64,000 nucleotides of DNA from the human T2T-CHM13v2.0 reference genome, Homo sapiens (GCF_009914755.1 NC_060928.1), one strand, 5' to 3'; positions 37,127-52,500 are shown, counted from the stretch's first letter. Numbers and translations: made by a program. The notes: generated from the letters alone by a model not told the origin.

Positions 37127-37427
37127 GGCTGGGTGCAGTGGTTCACACCTGTAATTAGCATTTTAGGAGCGCGAGGAACAGCTGAGGCCAGGAGTTCGAG
37201 ACCAGCCTGATGCAGACGGTGAAACCCCATCTCTACTAAAATACAAAAATTCAAAAATTAGCCAGGCATGGTGGCGGGCACCTGTAGTCCCAGCTATTCA
37301 GGAGGCTGAGGCAGAAGAGTCTCTTGAACATGGGAGACAGAGATTACAATGAGCTGAGATCGCGCCACGGCACTCCAGCCTGGGTGACAGAGCGAGACTC
37401 CATCTCAAAAATAAAAATAAAATAAAA
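37127..37427 (+). mobile_element. AluS with degenerate left arm
   Basis: Alu body and A-rich tail. Confidence 0.9.
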
Positions 37428-37449
37428 TACTAGAATAATTGATAGAAGG

Positions 37450-37599
37450 ATGTTTTTGTGACCAGAAATATGCTATAGAACTGAATTCTTCTCTATATCA
37501 ATTAGCCTGTTGGAAAATTGGTTTCATTATTCCAAGAACCTATTGAGGAGGTCTAAGGTCTCCTCCTCTATTGAGGAGGTCTAAGTGAGGCCTTACTGT
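37450..37599 (+). mobile_element. Second MER6 3'-end fragment
   Basis: TGTTTTTGTGACCAGAAATATG...ATTAGCCT...GAACCTAT...GAGGCCTTACTG. Confidence 0.7.
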
Positions 37600-38195
37600 C
37601 CTATTAACTAAAGTCTGTGTTTTATTCTGACATCTTTAGTTTTACCTGATGTCTTTTTCAGTTCCAGGATCCCACCTTGCCCTGAGTTGTCACGCCCCGC
37701 AGGCTCTCCTTGGCTGGGGCTGTTTCTCAGATTTTCCTTGTTTTCGAGGACCTTGACAGTTTTGAGGAGTACTGGTCAATCATTCTGCAGGATGCCCTCT
37801 GTTGAAATTTATCTGATGTTCTTCTCATCATTTGATCGGTATTACGAGTTCTGGAGAGGAAGACAAGAGCGGCAAAGCGGCGTTCCTCTCGCCTCACATC
37901 AGAGGTGCATACTACAGGATTCCTCACAGTGGATGTTGACCTCGATCCCCTGCCGAGAAGCGTTGGTTAGGTTTCTTCATTGCAGACCCACTCCCCCCAC
38001 CCCACACTGAACTCCTCAGAGGGAGGTCACTGTGTGCAGCTCACACGTACGGAGCAGTGACTCACGCTTCCCTTCTGCAGGTGCAGTGTCCATCGATTGC
38101 TAGGAATCCTTCTGTTAAGGAGATTTGTCTCTTCTCCCCATTCATTTATTTACTTGTGCTGTGCAGTCATTTATTTATGTTGGTGGAGACTCACT
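37600..38195 (-). mobile_element. L1MC/MD-like 3'UTR, continuing the fragment at 35170-35305
   Basis: GACCTTGACAGTTTTGAGGAGTACTGGTCA...TTTATCTGATGTT. Confidence 0.75.
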
Positions 38196-38569
38196 CCCTG
38201 CCCTTTCCGAAGTGCTCTGTGTTTAGGTGATAAATTACGTACCCATTATCTTTGTTTATCACCCACAGCTCCAGCTCATCTTACTTCTTACTTTTGTTTT
38301 GCTTTGGCCTCAGATTTGCCACTTATATTACATTTTCATGGTTGTGCTTGTGGCACATTCCGTGTCGCGTGGTGCAATCCTGGAATATTGTGGGGAATAC
38401 ATAATTCTGTAGGTCACGCCTGAGTACGGGAAAGAGAAGTGCACGGAAGTGTGTATGGTGGTCTCATGCTGCACAGGTGTGGCAGCAGCCTTGTGTCTCT
38501 GGGTATCAGAAGTAATACATGGAGTAGCATAAATTGGAACCATGCAAAGAAATTTATTTACGAATCGTG

Positions 38570-38894
<325 letters not shown>

Positions 38895-39239
38895 TCAGCT
38901 TTGCTATCAGTCATCTCACCCTTGGAAAGCCAGAATAAGTTACTCTGGGCAATGTCAAGGAAGATTTAATTTCAGATTGATGTTGTTTCCTCAGACAGTC
39001 CATTCTTCTTTCCTTTCAGTCAGTCTCACAGGCGTTTCCCCAAACAAACATCCCTGCTTGCAACTGTATCTCCTAACACAACCGATCACAAGAGCACGCA
39101 GCCAAGCTGAGGGCAGAATACGGATGCGTGCATCCTATTCACTAACCTGCTAAGGCACTCATGCTGGATAAGACCCTCACATCTTCCCCCATTCCTAAAT
39201 CCCTAATGCATCTGTCCCCCCAATCTTAGCAAGCTTAAT

Positions 39240-39600
39240 GCTTAAAATAAACAGTTTTATGTAGAAAGTTATCCCATTGACTTTTCTGGTCTTCTCCTCT
39301 ACAAAGAAACTTGATATAAACATTTGTGGATAGCTTTTTCAATGAGCATATACTTTTATCTTTCTTGGATAAATACCTAAAATTGGCTGGGTCATACGGT
39401 AGGTGTGTATTTAACTTTGTAAGAAATCGCCAAACTCTTTTCCAAAGTTCCGTGTATTCGACATTCCTACTACCAGCATGTGAGAGTTTTAGTCCCTCCA
39501 CATACTGGGCAACACTTGGTACAGTCAGTTGTTTTAGCTTTAGACATGCTAGTGGGTGTGCAGTTGTATCTCATTGCAGTTTTACCAAATGGCTTTTTTG
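39240..39600 (-). mobile_element. L1ME/MB fragment
   Basis: GCTGGGTCATACGGTAGGTGTGTATTTAACTTTGTAAGAAA. Confidence 0.75.
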
Positions 39601-39694
39601 GTGATGTGTAATATAGTCTGATGGAACTCTTTCAACTTCCTTATTTTTTAAAATTGATACATAATAATCATACCCATATATGGGGTACATGTGA

Positions 39695-40424
<730 letters not shown>

Positions 40425-40844
40425 GTTGAGAACATTTTAAATCTAGTTATTCTGAAATATACAATAAATTATTGTTAACTACTGTTACTCTACTGTGCTA
40501 TTGAACACTAGAACTTATGCCTTCTGTCTAATTATGTTTGTACATGTTAAGCAACCTCTCTTCATCCTTCTCCGCCAGTTCCCAGCCCCTGGTGACCTGC
40601 ATTCTGCTCTCTCTTTCAATGAGATCAACTTTTTAAGCTCCCACATATGAGTGAGAACGTATTTGTGTTTCTGTGCCTGGCTTATTTCCCTTCACATAAA
40701 GTCCTCCAGGCTCATCCATGTTGCCGTGAATGACAGGACATCATTCTTCTTATGGCTGAATAGTATTCCATTATATATATTTACCACATTTAAAAAATGA
40801 ATTTAGTTTATAAATTGTCATAAATTTAACAAATTTTAAATCTG

Positions 40845-41340
40845 TTCATTTATTTAACAAACATGTATTAAGTCTTTTATATGCCAAGCTCTGTGTTAAT
40901 GCGGCATTGGTTATACAAAGATGAATTAGATATTTATTTTTGTTTTGGTAAAGTTTGCAGTCTAGGAGCAGATGTGTTGGACATGTTCAAAGTCAAATTA
41001 CAGTATATTGAGGTGTGAACTAGGTGGAAATTTGGGTTTTGAAAGTGAAAATAAGGAAAACATAAAAACATGAAAGGATCTCAATATTAGGTTATATAGA
41101 GAGAGGGGAGGCCAAGGAAAGAAAGTGGGAAGTAGAAACTGGAGATTGGAGGAAACTAGGAGAGAGAAAATTCTGAAGATTTCAAAAGAAGAAAGATTCT
41201 CAAAGCAAGGCATGGTTAACAAATACAAATCTGAGGAGATGCCTACTGGTGTGAGATCTGAAATGAACACCTTGGGTTTGGAAAAGGGAGTCCACAAATG
41301 ATCTTAATATGAGTATTTTTTTGTGTTGTAATAAAGGTGA
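40845..41340 (-). mobile_element. L2 3' fragments
   Basis: TTCATTTATTTAACAAACATGTATTAAGT...ATGCCAAGCTCTGTG. Confidence 0.6.
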
Positions 41341-41493
41341 AAGTCTTTTATCTAGCAGTAAGCTAGAAAACTTTTACTGATTTTTAAACAGAAATTCTCT
41401 AGAAGGTTTTGATTTTTTTCTTTCTGTAGGTCACATATTTTACTGTTACTTTCATTCTCAACATTTCTAATACAAATACTATATATATATATA

Positions 41494-41799
41494 TTTCTTT
41501 TTTTTTTTGTGAGATGGAGTTTTGCTCTTGTCGCTCAGGATGGAGTGCAATGGCGCGATCTTTGTTCACTACAACTTCCGCCTCAGCCTCCCAGGTTCAA
41601 GCGATTCTCCTGCCTCAGCCCCCTAAGTAGCTGAGATTACAGGCACCTGCCACCACGCCCAGGTAATTTTTGTATTTTTAGTAGAGACGGGGTTTTGCCA
41701 TGTTGGTCAGGCTGGTCTCGAACTCCTGACCTCAGGTGATCTACCTGCCTCGGCCTCCTGAAGTGCTGGGATTACAGGCATAAGCCACAGCGCCCGGCC
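41494..41799 (-). mobile_element. AluSq-like
   Basis: Antisense full Alu. Confidence 0.95.
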
Positions 41800-42232
41800 A
41801 AATACAATATTAATTTGGATTATATTTAGCTGTGTGTTGCTGACAGTCATACACACTATTGAGATTTTATTTATTTTATATCATTTTCTTTTTGTTAAAG
41901 TCAATTTTAGAATTCGTATAGCATTTTTGAATTTTTGTTGTTGTTGTTATCAAACAACAATGTTTCGTTCATTTGTTTTTCACTATTTGTTCCCAGTGTT
42001 TTTGGTTATATCTAAGTGTATCGTCTGAATTCTTAAAACACTAACATTTGTGGCAGTTGTTGCCGTACTGATTTCTTCCCAGTTTTAAAAAGAATGACTG
42101 GGATTTTGGAGGAAGTTTAACATTAACTTTTAGTTTAAAATAATTTTGTTTCATCAGAAGAGAAACTATTTTTTCCTTTTTCAAAATATTTAAATTGGGA
42201 ACGAATATTGTTCTTTTAAAAAATATTCTTCT

Positions 42233-42517
<285 letters not shown>

Positions 42518-42634
42518 TATATATATTTTTCTGATATTAGTTGAAAGTATATGTGTGTGTGTGTGTGTATTGTGTGTGTGTGTGTATATATATATTTGTT
42601 TTCTTCTTTCAGTCTTTTTAACCTATGGTAATGG

Positions 42635-43070
42635 TGTCTATTCAGATTGCTCTATTCTCACTCAGCTGTAGATGCTTAAGACCGTCAAGCTCTCTATCTT
42701 GCCCTGTTCGAGTGGAGGCAGCGTAGGAGTGGATTTGGACCATTCCCGGTGTCTGAAACGATTGTTATTCATCCAGCGTGCCCGCAGTGAACTTCCGGCG
42801 TGTATGTTCTTTCCCTGGCCCTCTGCTTCTTACTCTCTGTAGTAGAGTGTAGCAGATCCTGTTTGTGACTTGTCCATATTCTTTTGGCCCACTGTGGAGG
42901 TCTGATGCAGCTTGGTGACAACTCCTTCTTCGTCCACCTCCATCTCTCAGAATGATGGTGTGAGGCTTCCTGAAATACACCTCACAGCTTATCTGAAAAG
43001 CTCCCCAATAAACTATTTGAACCCAATTCTTGCCTCAGAGTTTCCAGTTGAAAAAACACAGACCAAGACA
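42635..43070 (+). mobile_element. Old ERVL-type LTR (LTR16/LTR33-like)
   Basis: 3' end AATAAACTATTTGAACCCAATTCTTGCCTCAGAG...CCAAGACA; 5' boundary uncertain. Confidence 0.5.
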
Positions 43071-44111
43071 GTGGCTATGGTTTTGCTTTCCTGAGTGCAC
43101 GTTGATTTCTCTTAGGAGTACCAGATCCTGCCTGGAACCACGCTCACCTGGCTGTAGTCTGAAGTCTTCCATTCTTTTATATTGACCACATTTTCCATTT
43201 CTACTTTCCTCTGACTGATCCCACTTCCCAGAAAACCCACAGAGCAGATCCTGTTTGCTGAAACCTTGCTCCAGAATGAATAGACTATTTTTTCCTCCGC
43301 AGCTTAGTTGCCAGATCGTGCTCCTTCGGCTATAGGATGGAGTTGAAATTTGCTACAGGCCTTTGCACACGAATTCGTCTGTTGCAAAATTTCTGAGGAG
43401 GCTGTGATGACTTGTGTGTTAGTCCCACTTGGTTGGCCCCATCCACTCTGGTTTTTTTCCTCCCCTTTCACATGGACTCATTTATTACATTCTAGAATGT
43501 CTCCAATATGAGTTTTCCTGCAGAATGGTGCACTTTATAATAATAGGTGGTTTCTTGTTCTTGTTGCTGAATGATTATGTTCCTGCAATAAATTCAGTTT
43601 GTTCACAGTATTTTAAAAAATTAAATCTATTACTAAAAAGTCTTCATTAGTATTTTCTTTGATTTTTTTTTACAGATATATTCAACATACATAGGTGTAT
43701 AATTTTTAGACATTATTTTATTAAGGTTTGGAAATATATGTTTGCCAACGGGAATCAATTAGGTAACATTTCAACTTCTACAATGTTACACAGGGGTTTA
43801 ATTTTTAGAATTAATTTTTTGGACACGAACATTGTAGCATAAAATCTAATTTGCTGCACATATTTCAAGTGCTTTGAAAATGTTTTATATTTCACTTTAT
43901 TTATGAGTCTACCTTATGAAAACTGTGGGTTTTTGTTACATCAATTTTTATAGTTTACTTTTTGGATACAGTTAGAATAATGAAACAACTCCCTTGACTG
44001 TACCACAGATACACAGAATACAAGTATCTCCCATACCTAACGGTAGTACAAAATGGGGTTGTGGAAAAGTTGCGGCAGAATGAAATTTCTCAGTCCTTAG
44101 ATCTTCGTCAT

Positions 44112-44122
44112 TGCTGAGTCAT
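44112..44122 (-). promoter_or_regulatory. Consensus antioxidant response element (NRF2/BACH-sMAF) with AP-1 core
   Basis: TGCTGAGTCAT, i.e. ATGACTCAGCA on the minus strand. Motif match only. Confidence 0.35.
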
Positions 44123-45064
44123 GTTGACATTTTTGATTAAAGGTCAGTTGGTTCTTTCATCTTCGTCCTTGAATCCTCTTCTGCCTTCTGCTTTAACCGT
44201 TGGCTCACTTTGAGTAAGGCCTTTGCCCAATTCTGGAAACTGTTGGCTTATATTATTTTCCCACTCTACTAAAACTTCAAATCTTTCTATTCATACACAT
44301 AAGCAAGAATGACCCCAGCCTGTTTTTGAGAAGGTTCTTATAGCGGTGTAACGAGAGGTGCATACATGCTGATGGGCTGCAATGAGGTTCTAAAAGGGAT
44401 GCCCACATCACTTACTGGAAACAAAAAGGCAGGAGTGTTGCCCTTGTGCAGAAAATAAATACTTCAATGCTGATTAGGAGTGGCTTTACTTCACCAGAAA
44501 GTCACAGGGCAAGGCTAGTGGTTATAATTATCTCTATGATTTTATATAAATGTAAAATCATAAGGCTGAATTATAATAAATTGTCATTTTTATAGGTTAA
44601 AAAGATGATTCAATGTCAGCAATTTAATAGGATTCAACTTAATACTATTTCCTTTGTAAGTGAGAAAACGGAAGCACAGGGAGGTTAGACGACTTCTGAG
44701 ATCACACAGAGCTGGCAAATGAAGTAATACACGTTAGCTTGTTACACTGTGACACTTCCCAACATGAAATCCCTGGGAGAATTTTTGGCATACTGATTTT
44801 GCTTTGATAAAACCATTCTTGCTTTTGTAACAGCTAACTGTTTTAATAAATTAGGAAATGGAAAAAATGGGTGCCAATTCCAACCATTGAAAAGGTTTAT
44901 ATAATTTAATAATCCCCATTAAACTAGGTGATACAGAGTTTATGCTTTATACATTTTAAAGTTACGTTTCACTTTCTACCTGACCCTAGATTTAGATATC
45001 AATCGCTATACATTTTGCAAGAAATATAGAAAATATATTGATTCGTCTTACTTGTTTTTACTTC

Positions 45065-45900
45065 CTGTCTTTTCCCTCCCTCCCTCCCTCCTTCCTTCCT
45101 TTTCCTTCCTTCCCTCTTTTCTTCCCTCCTTCCCTCTCTCCTTCCCTCCTCCCTCCTTCCTTCCTTCCCCCCTTCCTTCCCCCCTTCCTTCCCTCTCTTC
45201 TTCCCTCCTTCCCTCCTTCCCTGTCTCCTTCCCTGTCTCCTTCCCTCCCTCCTTCCCTGTCTCCTTCCCTCCTTCCCTCTCTCCTTCCCTCCTCCCTCCC
45301 TCCTTCCTTCCCCCCTTCCTTCCCTCTCTTCTTCCCTCCTTCCCTCCTTCCCTGTCTCCTTCCCTCCTTCCCTCCCTCCTTCCCTCTCTCCTTCCCTCCT
45401 CCCTCCCTCCTTCCTTCCCCCCTTCCTTCCCTCTCTTCTTCCCTCCTTCCCTCCTTCCCTGTCTCCTTCCCTCCCTCCTTCCCTCTCTCCTTCCCTCCTT
45501 CCCTCCCTCCTTCCCTCTCTCCTTCCCTCCTTCCCTCTCTCCCTCCCTCCCTCTCTCCCTCCCTCCCTCCTTCCCTCCCTCTCTCCCTCCCTCCTTCCCT
45601 CTCTCCCTCCCTCTCTCCTTCCTTCTTTCTCTCTTTTCTTCCCTCCTTCCCTCTCTCCCTCCTTCCTTCCTTACCCCCTTCCTTCCCTCTTTTCTTCTCT
45701 CCTTCCCTCCTTCCCTCTCTCCTTCCCTCCCTCCTTCCCTCTCTCCCTCCCTCTCTCCTTCCTTCCCTCTTTTCTTCCCTCCTTCTCTCTCTCCCTCCCT
45801 CCTTCCTTCCTTCCTTCCCTCCTTCCCTCTCTCCTTCCCTCTCTCCTTCCGTCTCTCCCTCCTTCCCTCTCTTCTTCCCTCTCTCCCTCCCTCCTTTCTT
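45065..45900. repeat. ~830-bp CT-rich polypyrimidine/polypurine tract
   Basis: Almost exclusively C/T on the plus strand; CCTT/CCCT/CTCT units. Confidence 0.98.
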
Positions 45901-46329
45901 TGCTCTACTTGGGGTGTGTGTTTAAAACGTTCTTTAATTAATCGCTTACTTATTTTAACTTTCTTCTAGAAAAAGTGTTTAAATCTAAAACTATAATGTT
46001 AAGCACTGCTTTGATTAGATTCCGTGGGAAATGATACAAAGTATTTTGATTTTCACAGTTTTCTAAACAATATGTCATCAAGTATTCAATTTTCTCTTGA
46101 CCAAGTTATTATTTAGAAAAATACTTTTAAATTTTCCAGTATATGGTATTTGGTGTTTAAACTCATACAATTAATTAAAAAATTCTACAGATTCCATTTG
46201 GAATTTAAAAAGTGGTATAATTACATTAAAAATTATGCAGAAAAATGAAAAAGCCATCCCCACCGGGCTAAAGTAAAACTTTAGGTCCATTTGGTAAATT
46301 AATCTTTTCTCACATGCATACTTACATTT

Positions 46330-46940
46330 ATAGAATTGTACAAATAAGTTTTTTTGCAAAATTTACAGTTCGTTTTAATGTATTTCTACCAATTACTCCA
46401 AAAAGAAAGCTATTCATTTACCATTTATGCCGTGAGCATTTTCCATATTGCTTGCATAAATGTTTGTAATTATTAATTCTATTGGGAAGCATAGTATTCT
46501 AATGACCGAATGTACTAAAACAATTTTTTAAATCATTGGACATTTAATTTATTTCTATTTGAGGGCTATGATAAACAATGCTCAGTTGAATTTATAACTC
46601 CTTCCCTGTTTTAGATTATTTTCTAAAGACATATTTACATAAATGGGGTTCTGGCCCAGAAAGTATGAATATTTTTATGGCTCTTAATGTAATGCCGAAT
46701 TGCTTCCCTAAAGCACTGGAGCATTTAAAAACACAATCAGAAACGTGTGAGAGTACCCATTTCTTTATTCCCTTGCCAGCATGAGAAATTATCATTTTAA
46801 GCCATTTTTTTCTAATTGAAGAGATCTTAAAGGGTAATGTGTTTTAATTTGCATGCGTTTTAATTTTTTGTAAGTGTTTATATGTTTCATTCCTACTTCT
46901 GAATCTTTTGTTCATGTCATTTGACCCTTTATGTATTTCC
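46330..46940 (-). mobile_element. L1ME-like fragment
   Basis: GTGTGAGAGTACCCATTTC...CCTTGCCAGCA...TTTTAATTTGCAT. Confidence 0.65.
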
Positions 46941-47577
46941 CTGTTATAACGTATATCATTATGGCTGACTTTAATAATTATTATTACATCAGTGCAATCT
47001 GTTTTTGCATATACTGCATTTTATTCTCTTCAGATACTACTCATGATACAAATATTCATTGGTATAGTGAGAACAATACTTAATGTTTGCTGTTCAATAC
47101 AGACCTTCGAAGGCATATTCAATATCACCTACATTCTATTTGATTAAATACATTCAGACACTGCATTACACTGACAATACATGTAAAAATTATAACGGTA
47201 TAATGTCTGAGGTAGCCAGAAAAACATGAAAATCACCCGTGTAGCCAGGAAAACAATACCATCCACCGTCACCTCTCAGTGTTAACATTTACGCATTAAC
47301 AATGGTTTTCGTGTGATTAGCAGCTGCTTTGCAGGATGATTACATGCAAACCACGCCTATCTGAATCTTGGGGAACACTAAATCTATTTTTAAACTAACA
47401 GGGTAGAAAAGAAAGATGGCCCAGTGTTGGCTCCAAGCAACCTCCATCTGGACCTCTTCCTGTGCATAGAAGCGCTCCCAGGGTGTGGAGGTGGGGCCGC
47501 CTGGAACCAGGGGCTGGAGCAGCAAAGACAGTTGCTGTGTTCTGGACCGTTGTTTTGACCACGGCAATTAGCAGACC

Positions 47578-48658
<1,081 letters not shown>

Positions 48659-49599
48659 GATCCAGTCTAAACAGATTCCCACTGAGTCCAGATGGGGGGA
48701 TTACTACCCTCAGGCCTGTGTGCCTGGTGGCTGTCTCTGGAGTGGAGTCTGTTCCCGCCATGAAGCTGTCGAGGCGGTCCCTCCAAGCTGATTGCGTTGC
48801 TGTTGTCGCTGCTCTTTCATATTTCTCCTGTGTCTCCTTGAGCCCCAGATCGGGACCTGCTCCTTTCGCAGAGCGTATGATCTGAGGGGTTGTAATCTGG
48901 GTTGGAGGCTTTATCTTCTTTTAGAACTTGGTCCCCTGCTGCCCTAGTAGTCCCCTTTCCCCATCTACCAGCACCCAGCAGCACCCTCCTCTGTGGCCCC
49001 TGAGCTGCTTACAGAAAACCAAAACCAAAATCAGGAGTGCTTTTGGAAGCAGAGTCAGCCTCCAGGTCTTTGCTCCACATTCGGCTTACCCTGTGGATGG
49101 CTGAGGGGAGTGAAACCAGGGAGCTCAATTAACATCTGGACCCTGGCCCAACCTGGAAGAGATCTCTTGGACTTGTGAGAATTAATTTAGGTTCAGAAAG
49201 TGCTTAGAACAGTGCCTGGAACAACGTCAGCTCTTAATAAATGGAAGCTATTATCTTCTATATATAGGTTAGTTCTGTTTCTCAAGTTCTCCCTGGATAA
49301 AGTTTTCACGTGATCAACAATGGCTGCTTGTTAGAAATTGTTGGAATAAAATAAAAAGCATGCCCAGTTGGACTGTGTGTTTAATGTGTACGGTATTTTT
49401 AAAAAATAACTTTTCCTATTAATTCTTTTGAACCTTTTTGATTTTTTTTTCACTGAGAGCAGAGGAAAAAGCTACATTCTTCATCAGTTCTAAATACTAT
49501 AATCAAGAGTTAGACTCATTAGAATGGAAGGCTATGCAAACTTTGACTTTAGATCCTGTAGAATGTCTAATGTACAATAGGTGCTTAGTGAGCAGTAAT

Positions 49600-50115
49600 A
49601 CATAAAACTTATATAACTTTTGTACCAAGTAGAGTTGTAAGTGCTTGCTTTACCTATATTAACTCATCCATCTTTTAACTCACTCCTGTAACATTAGCAG
49701 CAATGTATTTTTTAAAATTTTCTAAATGAGGAGGCCGGGTGCAGCGGCACACACCTGTAATTCCAGCACTTTGGGAGGCTGAGGCAGGCGGATCATGAGG
49801 TCAAGACCATCGAGACCATCCTGACCAACATGGTGGAACCCCATCTCTACTAAAAATACAAAAATTAGCCTGGCGTGGTGGTGGGCGCCTGTAGTCTCAG
49901 CTACTCGAGAGGATGAGGCAGGAGAATCGCTTAAACCCGGGAGGCGGAGCTTGCAGTGAGCCGAGATTGCGCCACTGACTCCAGCCTGGGCGACAGAGCG
50001 AGACCCTGTCTCAAAAAAAAAAAAAAAAAAAAATTGTAAATGAGGAAAACTGAGAAACATGGCCAAGGTCATTGAGCTGGTAGGACACATCTGGAATTCA
50101 AACCAAGATATATAT
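49600..50115 (-). mobile_element. MIR split by an Alu
   Basis: AAATGAGGA duplicated around the Alu; AAACTGAG...CCAAGGTCA...GGAATTCAAACC. Confidence 0.7.
49733..50032 (+). mobile_element. AluSc/Y-like
   Basis: Full Alu with poly-A tail. Confidence 0.95.
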
Positions 50116-50169
50116 TTTGAAGAATCTATATGAATAAAAGCCCCACTTTTGAAATTAAAAAATTCTGAC

Positions 50170-50680
50170 AGAATCAAGTAAATGCAAATTAAAATAGTAA
50201 CCAGACACCATTTTACTTCTATCAGGCTAACAAGAAAGAAATTATGACAACACTCAATAACCATGAGAATGTGGATCCAGGTAATGCGCAAACATTCTGG
50301 TAGAGTGAAGTAAGTGAAACCACTGTGTAGAGCGGTTTGGCAGCATCTGGTAAAGCTGGAATGTACACTCCCAAAACCTGGCAGTTTCACTCTCAGGTAA
50401 ACACCTGAGAGAAAGATTCTTGCACAAGTGTTTAGGAAGGTGCACAGCATTGCATGTAAAAGCAAAATAATTGAAACAGAGTAAATTTCCTTTGTCAGAA
50501 TAAATAAATTAATTGTATCATTGGTATATAATGCAATAACATATAGAAGATAAAAGGAATGAAGTAGAACTACATGTCTCATGCTTTCAGAGAAATCTCA
50601 TACAAGTTGCAGAGCAATGGTAAAAGCAAATTACAGAATAATACGTACAGTAGGTGTGGCACCATTCTACAAAAATTATA
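50170..50680 (+). mobile_element. L1ME-like ORF2-end/3'UTR fragment
   Basis: AAATGCAAATTAAAA...CACCATTTTAC...TTTGGCAGCATCTGGTAAAGCTG. Confidence 0.75.
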
Positions 50681-50955
50681 GTATTAATCACTTTATTGTT
50701 TTCAAAAAACATCCGGTGAAGACATGGGTACACTTCAAAAATGACTGTTAGGACTAATCCATGCTGACGGACGGCAATACCATAGTGATGAAATATCATA
50801 GTGATTAACATATGAGTGAAAAGAAAAAGAGTGATACATTTCATTGTCTTTCTAAATGCACACTTTGTTATCAATAATTAAAATTTTCTAAAAGCTTCCA
50901 AATTGGAAGCTTCAGGTCTTTCAGGTCTATCCATAGAGTATTTCTTTCTTTATCT

Positions 50956-51263
50956 TTTTTTTTTTTTTTTTTGAGACAGGGCCTTGCTCTGTCACCCAGG
51001 CTGGCTGGAGTGCAGTGACTCAATCTCTGCTCACTGCAACCACTGCCTCCTGGGCTCAAGCAATCCTCCCACCTCAGCCTCCGAATAGCTGGGACTATAG
51101 GTGCACACTATCACACCTGGCTAATTTTTTGTATTTTTTTGTAGAGCCAGAGTTTCACCATTTTGTCCAGGCTGGTCTCAAATTCTTGGGCTCGAGTGAT
51201 CCAATCCACCCGCGTCGGCCTCCCAAAGTGCTGAGATTATAGACATGAGCCACCACGCCCAGC
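50956..51263 (-). mobile_element. AluJ
   Basis: CTGGGCTCAAGCAATCCTCCCACC. Confidence 0.95.
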
Positions 51264-51380
51264 CAACTGAGTAATTAAATTGAATACTTATAACTGATTT
51301 GAAAAAATATGAAGCTACAATCCAAAGAACTCATTTATCAAAGTGCTTCCTTCTAGGTTGATGTATAAAATAGTTCTCTG

Positions 51381-51987
51381 GGCTAGGTGCAGTGGCTCAT
51401 GCCTGTAATCCCAGCACTTTGGGAGGCCGAGGCAGTGGATCATGAGGTCAGGAGATCGAGACCATCCTGGCCAACATGGTGAAACACTGTCTCTACTAAA
51501 AATACAAAAATTAACTGGGCATGGTGGCACATGCCTATAATTCCAGCTACTCGGGAGGCTGAGGCAGGAGAATCACTTGAACCAAGGAGTCAGAGATTGC
51601 ATTGCACCACTGCACTCCAGCCTGGCGACAGAGCGAGAGTCTGTCTCACTAATAATAATAAAATAAAATATTTCTCTGGCCTGGTGTGGTGGCTTACGCC
51701 TGTAATCCCAGCACTTTGGGAGGTTGAGGCGGGTGGATCATTTGAGGTCAAGAGTTCAAGACCAGCCTGGACAACATGGTCAAACCCCGTCTCTACTAAA
51801 AATACAAAAATTAGCTGGGCAGTGGTGGCTCATGCCTGTAATCCCAGCTATTTGGGAGGCCGGGGAGGGGGTGGATAATACCTTGAACCTGGGAGGCAGA
51901 GGTTGCTGTGAGTCCAGATCTTGCCACTGCACTCCAGTCTGGGCGACAGAGTGAGACTCTGTCTCAAAAAAAAAAAAAAAAAAAAAA
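51381..51987 (+). mobile_element. Two tandem Alus (51381-51668; 51678-51987)
   Basis: Head-to-tail Alus separated by a TSD-like AAAATATTTCTCT. Confidence 0.93.
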
Positions 51988-52219
51988 GTTCTCCAAGTTC
52001 TCAAATATTTCTAAACTCTGATTGATGATGGGTAGCAAAGACAGAATGTGTATACTTCTAGCATGCTGACTGATTTGTGTGTGTGTATTTCACATTAAGC
52101 TTCATCCTGGAAGTTTTGTAGTTCAATCACTCTGATTGTATGGCAATGTGACTGTGTAACTACAGCTAGTACAGCTTCAATTTTGATTGGTGGAATACAG
52201 AAGCTGGTTTGGATGAAAT

Positions 52220-52500
52220 TACAATAGTCACTCAGCAAATGTGTGGGCTTGGTTCCAGGACCCTGGCAGATACCAAAATCTGCAGATACTCTAGTCCCTG
52301 GTGTAAATGGTGTAGGATTTGTGTGGAACCCATGCACACCCTCCTGTATACAGTCATTTCTAGATGACTTACAGTACCTAATACAATGTAAATACTATGT
52401 AGTGCTTATACTGTATCCATTTTTATTTGTATTGTTTTTTGCTATTGTATTGCTATTTTTTATTTTACTTTTTTCAAATATCTGTGGTCAGCAGTTGGTC
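52220..52500. mobile_element. MER2 (Tigger family) DNA transposon
   Basis: TTGGTTCCAGGACCC...GATACCAAAATCTGCAGATACTC...TACCTAATACAATGTAAAT. Confidence 0.85.

Noticed and set aside
44030-44240. Possible minus-strand coding exon (cag|...|gtatgg)
   Set aside because: Frames examined contain stops, the acceptor is weak, and no protein is recognised
45038-45969. 295-aa and 305-aa Pro/Ser/Leu/Phe ORFs
   Set aside because: Translations of a C/T-only tract, which cannot contain stop codons
49722-50582. 286-aa ORF on the minus strand
   Set aside because: Antisense read-through of an L1ME fragment, a MIR and an Alu; no domain recognisable
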